A stretch of 64,000 bases of DNA from Planctomycetota bacterium (lineage in GTDB: Bacteria; Planctomycetota; GCA-002687715; CAIWVZ01). The notes under the pieces are model-generated. The model was given only the letters and a program-made list of their open reading frames with translations, was not told the DNA's origin and searched no databases. The translations under genes were made by a program, and so were the position numbers. Where the stretch lies: NCBI GenBank assembly GCA_044222185.1, contig JBGANV010000005.1, positions 224,001 through 288,000 on the forward strand, read 5' to 3'. Shown here piece by piece: positions 18,176 to 33,976 of the stretch (positions within the stretch are counted from its first letter, which is position 1; each line of letters opens with the position of its first letter).

Positions 18176-21013
18176 TCATAGCACGGTCGATGCGGGATCC
18201 GGCTGCGGCAACGCGCGGGCGAGTGCGTCGCGAAGATCCTCCACCCTGACGGGCTTGGTCACGTAGTCGTTCATCCCCGCTTCGAGGCAACGGTCGCGGT
18301 CCCCGGTCATGGCGTTGGCCGTGACGGCGACGATGGCGATGTCGCGATCGCCGCTCGCACGGCGGCGGATGCAACGCGTCGCCTCGAATCCGTCCATCTC
18401 CGGCATCTGGCAGTCCATGAGGATCAGGTCGTAGGTGGATCGGTCGAGCGCGGCCAGGACCTCGACGCCGTTGGATACCAGGTCGGACTTGTATCCGAGC
18501 TTCGCAAGCTGCATGGCGATGACCTTCTGGTTCACCGCGTTGTCTTCCGCGACGAGGATCCGCGCGCGCGCGGGCCCATCGACGCCGGGGTTTTGCGGCC
18601 GAGGTGCGCGACGGCGCTCGACAAGCGGCGCCGATACGCCGCCCTGACTCCGCACGACTCGCAGGGCGTCCGTCACCGCGAGAAGCACACTGCCTCGACG
18701 AACCGGCTTCGTCAGTACGCGCCCGACGCCGAGCTCGCGGGCCCGGGCCGCCTCCGAACGCTCGGTCCACGAGGTCAGGATCAGGATCCCCGTTTCGCGG
18801 ATCCTCGCGTCCGCGCGAACCGCTTCCGTGAGCTGGAGGCCATCCATCTCGGGCATGTTGAAGTCGGTGAGCATGAGGTCGAACGGATTGCCCTCCGCCT
18901 TCGCCTCCAGGAGTTTCCCCAGGGCGGCCTTGCCGTCCCCCGTTTCCTCGCAGACGGCTCCGCAGCAATCGAGCAGGCGTCGCACGATCGTCCGGTTCGT
19001 CGGATGATCGTCGACGATGAGGACGCGAACGCCCGCGAGCCCCGGCGCAGAAGCATCGCCGCCCGGATCAGGGTGACGCTTCACGCGGACGGTGAACCAG
19101 AACGTGGAGCCTTGGTTCGGCTCGCTGAGCACACCCACTTCGCCGCCCATCAGCTCGGCGAGTCGCTTGCAGATTGCGAGCCCCAGGCCCGTTCCACCGT
19201 ATTTCCGCGTGGTCGACGCGTCCGCCTGGCTGAACGCCTGGAACAGCCGCCCGGCCGCCTCCGGGCTGATCCCGATCCCCGTGTCGCGGACCGCGACCCG
19301 CAGGAGCACGTCGTCCGCCGAACCGCCGGCGACGTCCACGCTGACGACCACCTCGCCGCTCGACGTGAACTTGATGGCGTTGCCCGTGAGGTTCACGACG
19401 ATCTGCCGCAGCCGACCCGGATCACCCGATACGAGTCTGGGTACGCTCGGATCGATCAGGCAAGCGAGCTCGAGACCCTTTGCATGGGCCTTCTCGGCCA
19501 GGATCTCGACGGCTTCCTCCACCGCCGAGGCTGGATCGAAGTCCGCGACTTCCAGATCGAGTCGGTCGGCCTCGATCTTCGAGAAGTCCAGGATGTCGTT
19601 CAGGATCGTGAGCAGCGATTCCGCCGACGTGCGAACGGTCTCCGCGAAGCTGCGCTGTTCGGCGTCGAGATCCGTGTCGAGGAGGAGCCCGGTCATTCCG
19701 ATGACGCCGTTCATCGGCGTGCGGATCTCGTGGCTCATGGTCGCGAGAAACGCACTCTTCGCGCGGCTCGCGGCCTCGGCCGCCCTGCAGGCCTGGTCGA
19801 GGGCAGCCGTGCGAGAGGCGACGCGTCGCTCCAGGTCCCGTTTGTGCGCCTCATCCGCCCTCGCACGCCGTTGGCTCATCGACAGGCCGTAGGCCATCCC
19901 GCCCACGACGCACGCACCTCCGAGCAGGGAGAACACCAGCTCCGACCTCGCAGCCTCGACGTCGGGGCGCTCCCAGAAGGCCGTATCCGGCGCGCAGTAC
20001 CACAGCGACCAGCCGCTGTGATGGTCGATCATCCGGATCGGCACGAGGTTCGATGCGAGTGCCCCGGCCGCCGGTTCGCCCCGCTCGACCGCGGCGCGAT
20101 TGCTGACCCAGGTCCCCGATGCGCGCGCGCCGGCCGTGAAGTCCAGCCGTGCGTTGCGGACCGCGTAATCGCCCGAAGGCAGGAGATCGCGGACCGCGTC
20201 GGTCAGGATCACCCCGCTGAGGCACCCGCGGAGCGTGCCGTCCGGGCCGAAGTAAGGCACGGAGTAGACGAGCCCCGACCGATCCGCGTCGTTTGGAGCG
20301 GAGGGATGAAATCGCGAGTTGTCGCAGGTGACGACCTCGGGCCCCGTGATTCCGGGAGGGTCACGCCCGAGAAGCCCCTTCTGCGTCGGATGGTTGCGAC
20401 GGAACCAATCCAGCTGTTCCCGCATCAGCCGGTACTCGAAGATCTCGATCTCGGGGATCTCCTCCGCCTCCTCGCCGTGCGATTCGTCGTGGTCTCCCGG
20501 CGAGCCCGACTCCGCCGTACGCCCCACGATCAACTCGTCGAACGTGATGATCGGCGCCTCGAGTTCGCCCGTCACGGGATCGAGACGGTCGGGATCGAAG
20601 TCCACGGGGACGACATAGACCTCCGACATCGCCACGTCCTGAGCGAGGTTGTTGTAGATCTCCTGGATGTCGGCGCGCCCGTTCGCATCGAGGTTCTCGG
20701 CGTGTCTCGAGAGCGCGCGAATCACCGGCATGCGCGCCATCGAACAGAGACCGTTGTAGATCCGTCGGAACGTGTTCTCGACGCGCCCGGCGACCGCAAG
20801 CGCCTGCTGCTCGCGCTCGGCGCGGAACCGCACCCCGGCGGCGTCGATACTGCGGCGATGGTGAACGACGGACAGCGTCACCAGGACCGCACCCAGCAAC
20901 GCGAGGGCGGCGATCGCACGACCTGAAATGCTTCTGGCGGTGTTCACTTCTCGAGCGCAGCGACGTGAACGCTCGCGTGCCGCCGCAACTCCGCGGGCAC
21001 GGGCAATTCCCAT
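18176..21013 (-). CDS. Hybrid sensor histidine kinase (periplasmic sensor, HisKA, HATPase, two receiver domains)
   Basis: Two TMs, [30 protein letters not shown] and GGTGLGL. REC1 has [15 protein letters not shown]; REC2 has [17 protein letters not shown]. The start may be slightly downstream. Confidence 0.95.
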   Translation of the reverse strand: MGIARARGVAAARERSRRCAREVNTARSISGRAIAALALLGAVLVTLSVVHHRRSIDAAGVRFRAEREQQALAVAGRVENTFRRIYNGLCSMARMPVIRALSRHAENLDANGRADIQEIYNNLAQDVAMSEVYVVPVDFDPDRLDPVTGELEAPIITFDELIVGRTAESGSPGDHDESHGEEAEEIPEIEIFEYRLMREQLDWFRRNHPTQKGLLGRDPPGITGPEVVTCDNSRFHPSAPNDADRSGLVYSVPYFGPDGTLRGCLSGVILTDAVRDLLPSGDYAVRNARLDFTAGARASGTWVSNRAAVERGEPAAGALASNLVPIRMIDHHSGWSLWYCAPDTAFWERPDVEAARSELVFSLLGGACVVGGMAYGLSMSQRRARADEAHKRDLERRVASRTAALDQACRAAEAASRAKSAFLATMSHEIRTPMNGVIGMTGLLLDTDLDAEQRSFAETVRTSAESLLTILNDILDFSKIEADRLDLEVADFDPASAVEEAVEILAEKAHAKGLELACLIDPSVPRLVSGDPGRLRQIVVNLTGNAIKFTSSGEVVVSVDVAGGSADDVLLRVAVRDTGIGISPEAAGRLFQAFSQADASTTRKYGGTGLGLAICKRLAELMGGEVGVLSEPNQGSTFWFTVRVKRHPDPGGDASAPGLAGVRVLIVDDHPTNRTIVRRLLDCCGAVCEETGDGKAALGKLLEAKAEGNPFDLMLTDFNMPEMDGLQLTEAVRADARIRETGILILTSWTERSEAARARELGVGRVLTKPVRRGSVLLAVTDALRVVRSQGGVSAPLVERRRAPRPQNPGVDGPARARILVAEDNAVNQKVIAMQLAKLGYKSDLVSNGVEVLAALDRSTYDLILMDCQMPEMDGFEATRCIRRRASGDRDIAIVAVTANAMTGDRDRCLEAGMNDYVTKPVRVEDLRDALARALPQPDPASTVL

Positions 21014-21082
21014 TCGTTCGTCGACGCTCGACCGAGGGCGACTTGACGAGACGGCCAGCGCACGCCGTTCGCCGCACCAGAA

Positions 21083-22309
21083 TCACGAGGCCGGCGTGGA
21101 GGGAGCCTCAGCTTTCACCCGCGCGTCGATGAAGATCAGCCCCACGATCACGATCGCGCCGGCGACTCCACAAGAAAGCCACAAAGCCTGCGCGGACCAG
21201 CGCTCCCAGATCCCGACGCCGATCTCCGGCGCAAGCACGCTCGCCGCCTGGAACGCGACGGTGTATGTCCCCATGTATTCACCGGTCCGCCCCAGCGACG
21301 CCCGGGTGGAGACGAAGCCGCCGATCGGGGGCAGGAACAGAATCTCACCGGCAGTCCACATCAGGATCGAGGCCAGGAGCGCAACGACACCATCGGCAAA
21401 GCCGGTCATGGCGAACCCGCCGCAGAACAGGCCGGCACCGATCATGGCGACGCGGAGCGGGTTCCGCCCCTTCAGTCCGTGCACGATCAGCATCTCGAAG
21501 AGCACGATCAGGGCCGGGTTCGCCGCCAGCACGTAGCCGACGGTGTCCTTCCGCATGTGACGGACCTGCGTCAGGTACAGCGGGTAGGTGCTGAACAGCT
21601 GAAACAGCACGCACGAGACGAGGAACATGAGCCCGCACAGCGCAAGGAACGGACCGTCGGAGCGCACGCGACGGCGCGTGCCGTCGGCCAGACTGCTCTT
21701 GTGACGCGCGTGCTCGGCGTGGCCTGACGGCAGGCCGAAGAACATGACCACGGCCGCCGCCATCGACGTGGCGCCGTCGAGCGTGAATAGGAGCCCGAAG
21801 GCGTGATGCTCCGCGATCACGCCGCCGATCACCGGACCGATCGCCATGCCCAGGTTCGCCGCGAGGCGGCTCAGCGCGACGGCACGCGCACGATCGGACA
21901 CGGGCGTCATTTGAGCGACGAGCATCTGCGCAGCGGGACGCATGGCCTCGCTCACGATGCCGAGCGCAACCATCGCCACCAGGATCGACGTCGGATCGAC
22001 GATGTGACCGATCACGAAGAACCCGGCACCGTTCGCGATCAGGCTGACGACGTGAACGAGCTTGGGGTTGAATCGGTCGGCCGCCATCCCGCCGAGCCAC
22101 GCCCCGGCCACGCCGCCGATGCCGTAGCACGCGACGACGTTCGCCGCCGCCTGGTTCGAGAACCCGTGCGCCTCCGTCAGGTAGACCGCCATGAACGGCA
22201 GCACCATGGTCCCGCAACGATTGATCAACGACGCGACCGTCAGCAGCCAGGTGGCTGCCGGCAGACCTGCGTACGCTCGCCGATAGGCGCTGAAGATTGC
22301 GGTGACCAT
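21083..22309 (-). CDS. MFS transporter
   Basis: About 12 hydrophobic segments, INRCGTMVLPF, motif A GGMAADRFNPK and NLGMAIGPVIGG. Confidence 0.92.
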   Translation of the reverse strand: MVTAIFSAYRRAYAGLPAATWLLTVASLINRCGTMVLPFMAVYLTEAHGFSNQAAANVVACYGIGGVAGAWLGGMAADRFNPKLVHVVSLIANGAGFFVIGHIVDPTSILVAMVALGIVSEAMRPAAQMLVAQMTPVSDRARAVALSRLAANLGMAIGPVIGGVIAEHHAFGLLFTLDGATSMAAAVVMFFGLPSGHAEHARHKSSLADGTRRRVRSDGPFLALCGLMFLVSCVLFQLFSTYPLYLTQVRHMRKDTVGYVLAANPALIVLFEMLIVHGLKGRNPLRVAMIGAGLFCGGFAMTGFADGVVALLASILMWTAGEILFLPPIGGFVSTRASLGRTGEYMGTYTVAFQAASVLAPEIGVGIWERWSAQALWLSCGVAGAIVIVGLIFIDARVKAEAPSTPAS

Positions 22310-22486
22310 GGTCGAAGACGGGCTGCGATCACCTGACTGGGAGATTCGCGGCCGGATTGGGTCAGCACGGTCCGAACACTTCGCCGGAGGGACAAGGTCG
22401 CCGGGACGAGTCGGGCCGACGGCGCCGCGATCGCGGGCGCGCCTGGTTCGTGTGCCGTATGATCTCGCCCACGAAGGGAACTCGGG

Positions 22487-23854
22487 ATGGAACCTCGAAC
22501 GATGAGACGGAATCGACGGCGCGTCATGTGGGCGAATGGCCTGGCAGCCGTGGTCGTCGCACTCTTCGCGACGATTGGCCGAGCGCAGGATGCGGCGCAA
22601 GTCGAGCGTTGGACACTCGTGCATTCGGCTCGCGTCCTCGCGACGCCGGGGACCGCCCCTCCCTCCGAAGCCACCATCATCGTTCGAGAGGATCGGATCG
22701 CCGCGGTGAAGCCCGGACGGATCGCCGAGCAGGATTGCGGTGCACCGGCGGGTTCGCGGATCGACGTCATCGATCTCGGAGACCGGTTCGTGCTCCCCGG
22801 GCTCATCGACAGCCACACGCACCTGACGAGCCGGTACGATCGCGGGATTCGCATCCGCGCCGTGGAGGAATCGGATGCGCACGCGGCCATCCGAGGAGTC
22901 GCTGCCGCGAAGAAGACGCTGGAGGCCGGCTTCACGACCGTGCGGGATCTCGGCAGCACAGGGGCCTCTTCATTCGCACTGCGCGATGCCATCAACGCGG
23001 GGCTGGTCCCCGGCCCGCGCATCCTGACGGCCGGGCAATCGATCACCCCCACGGGCGGACATAGCGACGAGACGCTCGGGTACCGCGAGGATCTCTTCGC
23101 CGTGCCGGGCGCCATGCAGGGCGTGGCGGACGGGCCGGACCTCTGTCGGCAAGCGGTTCGATCGCAGGTGAAGCGGACGGCGGACGTGATCAAGCTGACC
23201 GCGACCGGTGGAGTGCTTTCCAACACGGCCGCGGGCATGGAGCAGCAGTTCTTCGACGACGAACTCGTGGCCATCGTCTCGACGGCGCACCTGCTCGGCC
23301 GCAAGGTGGCTGCCCACGCTCACGGTGCCGGCGGAATCAAGGCGGCGCTGCGCGCTGGCGTGGATTCCATCGAACACGGCACGTTCCTCGACGACGAGGC
23401 CATCGAGCTGTTCAAGAAGTCGGGCGCGTGGCTCGTCCCCACGCTCACTGCCGGCGACGCGGTCACGAAGTCGGCCGAGATCCCGGGCTACTACACGAAG
23501 CCAGTCGCGCAGAAGGCGAGGACGATCGGGCCGGCGATGAAGGTCGCCATCGCGCGTGCCGTGCGCAGCGGCGTGAGGGTCGCCTTCGGAACCGACGCGG
23601 GCGTGTTCGACCACGGCGAGAACGGTCGCGAGTTCGAACTCCTCGTGGAAGCGGGCATGTCTCCGGAGGCGGCGATCGTCTCGGCGACGACGTCTGCGGC
23701 GGAGCTCCTGGGCCTCCGCGCCGAGATCGGCACGCTCGAAGCGGGGAAGGCCGCGGACATCATCGCCGTGGAGGGTGATCCGCTGGCTGCCATCGGCGCG
23801 ATCCGTCGGATCCGCTTCGTGATGCACGCCGGAGTCGTGGCCTTCCGGCCCTGA
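22487..23854 (+). CDS. Secreted amidohydrolase-family protein (Xaa-Pro dipeptidase-like)
   Basis: Signal peptide, PGLIDSHTH, GFTTVRD, IKL, AHAH, SIEHG, FGTDAG and GKAADII. Start may be 22502 or 22526. Confidence 0.92.
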   Translation: MEPRTMRRNRRRVMWANGLAAVVVALFATIGRAQDAAQVERWTLVHSARVLATPGTAPPSEATIIVREDRIAAVKPGRIAEQDCGAPAGSRIDVIDLGDRFVLPGLIDSHTHLTSRYDRGIRIRAVEESDAHAAIRGVAAAKKTLEAGFTTVRDLGSTGASSFALRDAINAGLVPGPRILTAGQSITPTGGHSDETLGYREDLFAVPGAMQGVADGPDLCRQAVRSQVKRTADVIKLTATGGVLSNTAAGMEQQFFDDELVAIVSTAHLLGRKVAAHAHGAGGIKAALRAGVDSIEHGTFLDDEAIELFKKSGAWLVPTLTAGDAVTKSAEIPGYYTKPVAQKARTIGPAMKVAIARAVRSGVRVAFGTDAGVFDHGENGREFELLVEAGMSPEAAIVSATTSAAELLGLRAEIGTLEAGKAADIIAVEGDPLAAIGAIRRIRFVMHAGVVAFRP

Positions 23855-23877
23855 GGCGTCGCGGCCTGCGCCGGGGA

Positions 23878-25032
23878 TCAGACGGGAGCGGGTGTGACGG
23901 CCGACCCCGCGGGCCTCGGTGTCACCTGCGCGAGGATGCGCTCCCGCACTTCCATCGGTGAGGCGAACTCGCCGCCGATCTCGTCGCGGAAGTAGCGGTA
24001 ATACGCGCGGCACGAATCGAGGAATCGATTCACGTCGTCTTCCGTCCGCGTGTAGTCGGTACAGCCCGGCTTCAGCGTCGGTGAGTGGAAGTAGAACGTG
24101 AAGATGCGTTGCCCGCGATCGAGGAGCGCGCGCGTCAGGCGCCGGTGATCCGACTGGGCGTAGTCCTCGGGCGAAAGACGGAGGCGCTCGATCAACCCCA
24201 CGCGCGCCGCGACGGCTCCCAGTCGCGTCCACTCGATCGAACGATGACGCAGAAGGCGATACAGCACGTCCGGTCGCCAGCGCCAGCCGCCGACGAACGC
24301 TCCCGTCGTCGGGATCGCAAGCATGCGACGCCTGGTGCCGAACCAGCGAACGGACGAACCGAGTCGGGAGAAGTCCGGCCCGCCGTCGGCGCTGCAGTCC
24401 AACGGCGGCGCGCTGCTCAGATCGATGTCGAAGCCGAGGTCATCGAGGACCGCCGGGGTGTTCGGGCCGATGCCATAGCGGCCAGCGTGATAGAACGTCG
24501 GCGCCACGCCGATCGAATCCACGATGGCGTCACGAAGCCGCTGGAGCTTCTCGCGTTCGAGCGCCTTGGGCAGGTTGCCCGGATAGGAGTTGAAGTAACT
24601 GAGCTCCTCCTCATGCGGCGGCGTCACCCACGGGTGCAGATGCGCGCCCACCTCGGCCTTCCCGGATTCGACGAGCGAGCGGATGACGCTCGACGCCGAG
24701 GACTGCGTCGCCACGGGGTAGGTGAGCGCCAACGCCGGTCGGATGCCGAACTCGTCGAACATCCGCTGCGCATCGAGGAGCCGCGCGACCGAGCTCACCG
24801 CCGTGCAATTCCTGTCGAAGTCCGCCGACCAGTCGAACTCCTCCTCCACCGCGATGAGCGTCATCAGCAAGGGACGACGTCCAGGAAGCGGTTCGATGAG
24901 CTGTTGGTTGGGTCCGTACACGGTGCGACTGCGATTGAGTCGGAGACTCCTCAGCACGGGAACATGTAGGTCATACCCGCCGCTTCTCGCGGATGCAATC
25001 TCCGCGTTCGAGTCGGAAGCCTGCGTCCCCAC
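23878..25032 (-). CDS. Polysaccharide deacetylase-like protein (NodB/WalW-like)
   Basis: EEEFDWS, EVGAHLHPWVTPP, AGRYG, D.S and FHSPTLKPGCTDY. Start uncertain. Confidence 0.8.
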   Translation of the reverse strand: MGTQASDSNAEIASARSGGYDLHVPVLRSLRLNRSRTVYGPNQQLIEPLPGRRPLLMTLIAVEEEFDWSADFDRNCTAVSSVARLLDAQRMFDEFGIRPALALTYPVATQSSASSVIRSLVESGKAEVGAHLHPWVTPPHEEELSYFNSYPGNLPKALEREKLQRLRDAIVDSIGVAPTFYHAGRYGIGPNTPAVLDDLGFDIDLSSAPPLDCSADGGPDFSRLGSSVRWFGTRRRMLAIPTTGAFVGGWRWRPDVLYRLLRHRSIEWTRLGAVAARVGLIERLRLSPEDYAQSDHRRLTRALLDRGQRIFTFYFHSPTLKPGCTDYTRTEDDVNRFLDSCRAYYRYFRDEIGGEFASPMEVRERILAQVTPRPAGSAVTPAPV

Positions 25033-25059
25033 GCGAGATAGACGACGAGCACCCGCGCA

Positions 25060-25950
25060 TTACAAGGCGGAATCAGGCTGCCGGGGACGGCGCGATTGGC
25101 GATCGACGGCTGCGGCGAGCGTGGCAAGCACCGCGCGGCGCGTCTGCTCCCGAGCGGCGCGGGGGGTCATCAGGTGGTCGCACGCCGGGACGACATCCAG
25201 CGTCGCCGCCCCGCTCCCCACCATGGCGTCGAGCGACGAACCGAGCACGGTGCGCAGGTAGCCAAGGGCCCAGTCCCCATCCGCGATGACGAGGCGCAGC
25301 AGTACCCCCCGCTCGACGAGGTCGGCGAACGCGCGGGCATCCGGGTTGGAACCCCCGCGGGTCGTGCTGCGCCCCATCCGAGAACGCAGCGCCCGCATCA
25401 GCCCGCGGTAGTCCGCACGCCCGGTCAGCAGCCGTGCCCAACTGCCCCACGAGAACAGCGAGACGCGCCACGTGTACGCCGCCGCCTGCCGCTCCTCCAC
25501 CGCGCGAACCGTGGTCGGCGAGGGCTCTTCGAGGAACCGCGGCGCGTTGATCATGACGGCGGCGACGACGCGCGGGTCGGCATGGGCCGTTTTGAACGAA
25601 ATCTCCGCCCCGGAGCAGAGCCCAACGAGGACGAATGCCTCCGCACCGGTCGCCTGATGCATGAAGTCGAGGGCTTCGCGCGTCTCGGCGACGGCGGCAC
25701 GCTCGAAGCGGACGGTATCGGTGCGAGGAGCGCTGTCGCCGATGCCGGAGAAATCCATGCGCAGCGCGGCCGTGTCCGCGCCCACGCATTCGCGGGCGAG
25801 GTCCACCCACAACCGGTTCGGGCCCACGTGATGCACGACGCCGGCGTTCAAGAACACGACGCCAAGCCGTGCGCGCGCGCCGTCGTCGACGGCCGTGAGC
25901 ACCCCTTGCAACTGGGACGCCGAGCCGAAACGTGCGACGGATTCCCTCAT
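25060..25950 (-). CDS. Alpha/beta hydrolase with a Cys at the nucleophile elbow (exosortase-associated hydrolase 1-like)
   Basis: NAGVVHHVGPNR, RMDFSGIGDS, GLCSGA elbow and C-terminal DH. ATGA overlap with the upstream hydrolase. Confidence 0.82.
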   Translation of the reverse strand: MRESVARFGSASQLQGVLTAVDDGARARLGVVFLNAGVVHHVGPNRLWVDLARECVGADTAALRMDFSGIGDSAPRTDTVRFERAAVAETREALDFMHQATGAEAFVLVGLCSGAEISFKTAHADPRVVAAVMINAPRFLEEPSPTTVRAVEERQAAAYTWRVSLFSWGSWARLLTGRADYRGLMRALRSRMGRSTTRGGSNPDARAFADLVERGVLLRLVIADGDWALGYLRTVLGSSLDAMVGSGAATLDVVPACDHLMTPRAAREQTRRAVLATLAAAVDRQSRRPRQPDSAL

Positions 25951-26738
25951 GGCGCGAACGTCTCCCCGATCCAATCGGCGATGGCCTCGATGGGTTCGGC
26001 GACGACGAGGGCCTTCTCGGCATCCCCCCGCCAGAACCGGGGCGCAGTCAGCAGTTTGTCACGCGAGGCGCCGATGCGCGCCCACCTCTCTCGCAAGCGC
26101 GCGAGGTCGCTACCGTCGCTCGACAGGGTGAAGCGGCGGCGAGCGCGCGGAACGCACGTCGAGAGGTCGATCGTGGAGAGTTCCCCGACGAGGGCGGATG
26201 GGTAGTCGAACCCACAGACTTCCTGCGTCGGTCCGGTCGCCGGAGGCTCGGCACCCGGAAGCCGCGTGAGAAGATCGCGATGCTCGGCCAGTCCGTCCTC
26301 GAAGAAGCTGCCGCCGCGAACGACCGGATCCCACAGGACGAGGCCGTCCACGGCCCCGGTACGCTCGGTCGCCAACGCGGCGACGGTGGCGCCGAGCCGC
26401 AGTCCAACGACGACGACCGGGGATGCGCCACTTCGACGCCTGGCCTCGTCGGTCGCGAGCTTCAGATCGAGTGCCCAGCGGTCGAGAGAGGCGTCGGTGA
26501 GATGGCCCCACGAGTCCCCGGTCCCGGTCCAATCGAACCGTAGGACCCCGCAGCCGAGGTTCGAGAGCCGGGTCGCAAGCTGGGCCGTCGCCCTGTGTGC
26601 GCGCTGATACTCGTTGCCGAACGACGGGCACACGACCGCTGCAACCGGCCCCACACCGTGCCCGGACGCGCCGTGGAACACGCCGTAAAGGCGATGATCG
26701 GCGTCACCGAAATGCAGTGCAGTCACGTCGGCGGCCAT
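25947..26738 (-). CDS. Alpha/beta hydrolase fold protein lacking the nucleophile (exosortase-associated hydrolase 2-like)
   Basis: CPSFGNEYQRAHR, RFDWTGTGDS, GLRLGA elbow (Arg in place of Ser) and LVLWDPVVRG. Confidence 0.82.
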   Translation of the reverse strand: MAADVTALHFGDADHRLYGVFHGASGHGVGPVAAVVCPSFGNEYQRAHRATAQLATRLSNLGCGVLRFDWTGTGDSWGHLTDASLDRWALDLKLATDEARRRSGASPVVVVGLRLGATVAALATERTGAVDGLVLWDPVVRGGSFFEDGLAEHRDLLTRLPGAEPPATGPTQEVCGFDYPSALVGELSTIDLSTCVPRARRRFTLSSDGSDLARLRERWARIGASRDKLLTAPRFWRGDAEKALVVAEPIEAIADWIGETFAP

Positions 26739-26804
26739 GCGTCTCGTGGTCTTCCTCGAATGAGGGACGGAAGTCGGGGTCGGCGCGCAAAAGGGGCCGG
26801 GAGT

Positions 26805-31894
<5,090 letters not shown>

Positions 31895-31898
<4 letters not shown>

Positions 31899-32086
31899 GA
31901 GCGGAGGCTCCGGGGCCGCATGTCGGCCCAGGACTCGTCGATGCGGGACAGGCACTCAGCGAGAATCGCCGGGCTGCCGGTGGCTTCCCAGCCCGCGGGC
32001 AGCGGTCGGCCGGACTCCCAGACGGAGAATCGGCCCTCGGCGTTGACGACCACCACGTAAGTCGGGCTCGAGTCTCTCGGGTTCAT
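31895..32086 (-). CDS. mbtH: MbtH-like NRPS accessory protein
   Basis: 63 aa with VVVNAEGRFSVW...LPAGW...CLSRIDESWADMRP (three conserved Trp). It is the C-terminal part of a longer shadow ORF in the track. Confidence 0.95.
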
Positions 32087-32389
32087 CGGCTGTGTGCGTT
32101 CATGTCGACGGCGCGCGACGAAGTCGCTGCAAAGTGCCCTGCCATGCGGCCGGATCAAGTCAGCGAGGAGGACCGGGCGATCAAGGACAGCACGCACGCT
32201 GGACGGCGGCGCGCTCGCGAGGGCCGAGAGTCTACCAGCCCGGTTTCGGGCCGTCCAAGCGCGCCGTCCTCGTGCGCAACCGGTCGCCCGGCCGGCCGTG
32301 ACACCCTTGATTGCGATGGCGCGCCGCACAGACTTCGGGATCGTCGCGGCCGCAGTCGCTCGGCGCCACGTGAAGAGACTCGTCGAGTC

Positions 32390-33976
32390 GTGTTCAAGAA
32401 CGTCGGATCGAACTGGGTCGTGAACATCGTGACCTTGGTGGTGACGTTCGTCGTCACTCCCAAGATCACGAAATGGCTGGGCGTCGAAGTCAACGGCGTC
32501 TGGACGGTCGTCGTCAACCTGACCGGGTACCTGACGCTTCTGGTCGTCGGCGTACCGATGGCGTCCGTTCGCTACCTGACGGAACGGATCACCCAGTGGG
32601 AGCTGGCCAAGAAGGCCGGCGATGAGGCGGCGACACGCGACCGGCTCGAAGCCGTCAACAGCACGATCGCCAATTGCGTCGGGCTCTACCTGAGGCTGGG
32701 CCTCCTCGGGTGCCTCGCGGGCTGCGTGCTCTACGGCATCCACGAGGCCGTCTACGTGCCGGTCTACGTCGCGAAGAGCCATCTCGCGGATTCCACGATC
32801 GCCGATGCTCGCGTCGCCTTCGCCGTCGTCGTCGTGCAACTCATCGGCGCGTTCATGAGCCAGGTCCCGATCGCCATCCTCGCGGCGAACCGGGACTTCG
32901 TGTTCCGCAACTTCGTGGCGATCGGCTCGATCCTCCTCAGATTGGTGCTGGTCCTGACGGTCTTTCGCGCCTACCCCTCGCTGCTCACGCTCGCGACCAT
33001 CCAGCTGACGCTCCTCGTCTTCGATTACTTCGTTTCGATCGCGATCATCCGGTCCAGGCATCCCGGCCTTCGCATCGGGCTTCGCGGCTACGACCGGGCA
33101 GGCGTCAGGCAGATCCTCGGCTTCAGCGTCTTCGTCCTCCTGCTCCAACTGGGCAACAAGCTCGCGTTCAGCACCGATGCGCTCATCATCGGTGCATTCG
33201 TGGACAACATCTCCGCTGCGACGACGTTCGAGTACGGCAAGCTCTCCGTGCTCCAGTTCAGCGAGTTCGTGTTCGCCATCGGCGTCGTGCTGAACCCCAC
33301 GGCGACGCGGCTGAAGACCCAGGGAAACATGGACGAGCTGCGCGAGACGTTCCTGAAGTGGTCGAAAATCGGCCTCTCCGTGACGCTCATGGGCGGCCTC
33401 TATCTCGTCGCCTTCGGTGACGAGTTCCTGCGCGCCTGGGTGGACGCTCGCGACTTCGATTGGGAGGGCGCGGGGGCGATCCAAGTCGTATTCATGGTGT
33501 CCCATTTCGCGTTCCTCCCCGCCCGAGGAATCGCCATGCCGATCCTGATGGGTCTGGGACATGCCAAACGGCCCACGGTGGCGTTCCTCGCGTGTGCCGT
33601 CATCAACCTCCTGCTCAGCCTCGCGCTCGTGAAGCCATTCGGCCTCCTGGGCGTCGCGCTGGGCACGGCGATCCCGGACGTTATGTTCGCCGTGTTTCTA
33701 CTGCGCGAGGTCTTCGGCATGCTGCGGGTTCAGACCGCCGAGTACATCCAATACGTGGCCGTGAAGGCCGCCATCGGCTCCGCCCTGCTTCTATCGGCGC
33801 TCTATCTCGCGAAACCGCTGGTCGTCGGGAAGTCACTCACCGGCATGGTGCTGGCCGGTGTCGTCTACACGCTCGCGTTCGGCCTCGTCTGGGTCTCGTT
33901 CGTGTATCGCGGCGACTCCCGCCTCGACCTGTGGGGCATGATCCGCGGCAGGCTCGACGGGAGGCGCAGATCGTGA
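32390..33976 (+). CDS. Oligosaccharide flippase (Wzx / MOP superfamily polysaccharide exporter)
   Basis: FKNVGSNWV..FVVTP...LG...GVW, 12-14 TMs, TDALIIGAF and FGLLGVALGT. Start uncertain. Confidence 0.85.
   Translation: MFKNVGSNWVVNIVTLVVTFVVTPKITKWLGVEVNGVWTVVVNLTGYLTLLVVGVPMASVRYLTERITQWELAKKAGDEAATRDRLEAVNSTIANCVGLYLRLGLLGCLAGCVLYGIHEAVYVPVYVAKSHLADSTIADARVAFAVVVVQLIGAFMSQVPIAILAANRDFVFRNFVAIGSILLRLVLVLTVFRAYPSLLTLATIQLTLLVFDYFVSIAIIRSRHPGLRIGLRGYDRAGVRQILGFSVFVLLLQLGNKLAFSTDALIIGAFVDNISAATTFEYGKLSVLQFSEFVFAIGVVLNPTATRLKTQGNMDELRETFLKWSKIGLSVTLMGGLYLVAFGDEFLRAWVDARDFDWEGAGAIQVVFMVSHFAFLPARGIAMPILMGLGHAKRPTVAFLACAVINLLLSLALVKPFGLLGVALGTAIPDVMFAVFLLREVFGMLRVQTAEYIQYVAVKAAIGSALLLSALYLAKPLVVGKSLTGMVLAGVVYTLAFGLVWVSFVYRGDSRLDLWGMIRGRLDGRRRS

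Noticed and set aside
32128-32144. Sigma54-like promoter TGGCAGGGCACTTTGCA on the minus strand upstream of mbtH, also resembling half of the ACTTTGCA operator
   Set aside because: GG-to-GC spacing is 11 nt rather than the required 10, and the second operator half-site is missing.
32370-32400. Possible frameshift at the flippase 5' end (GTG AAG AGA CTC GTC GAG TCG would join VFKN with one extra base)
   Set aside because: An in-frame GTG at 32390 already gives a plausible protein; this cannot be decided without reads or homologues.
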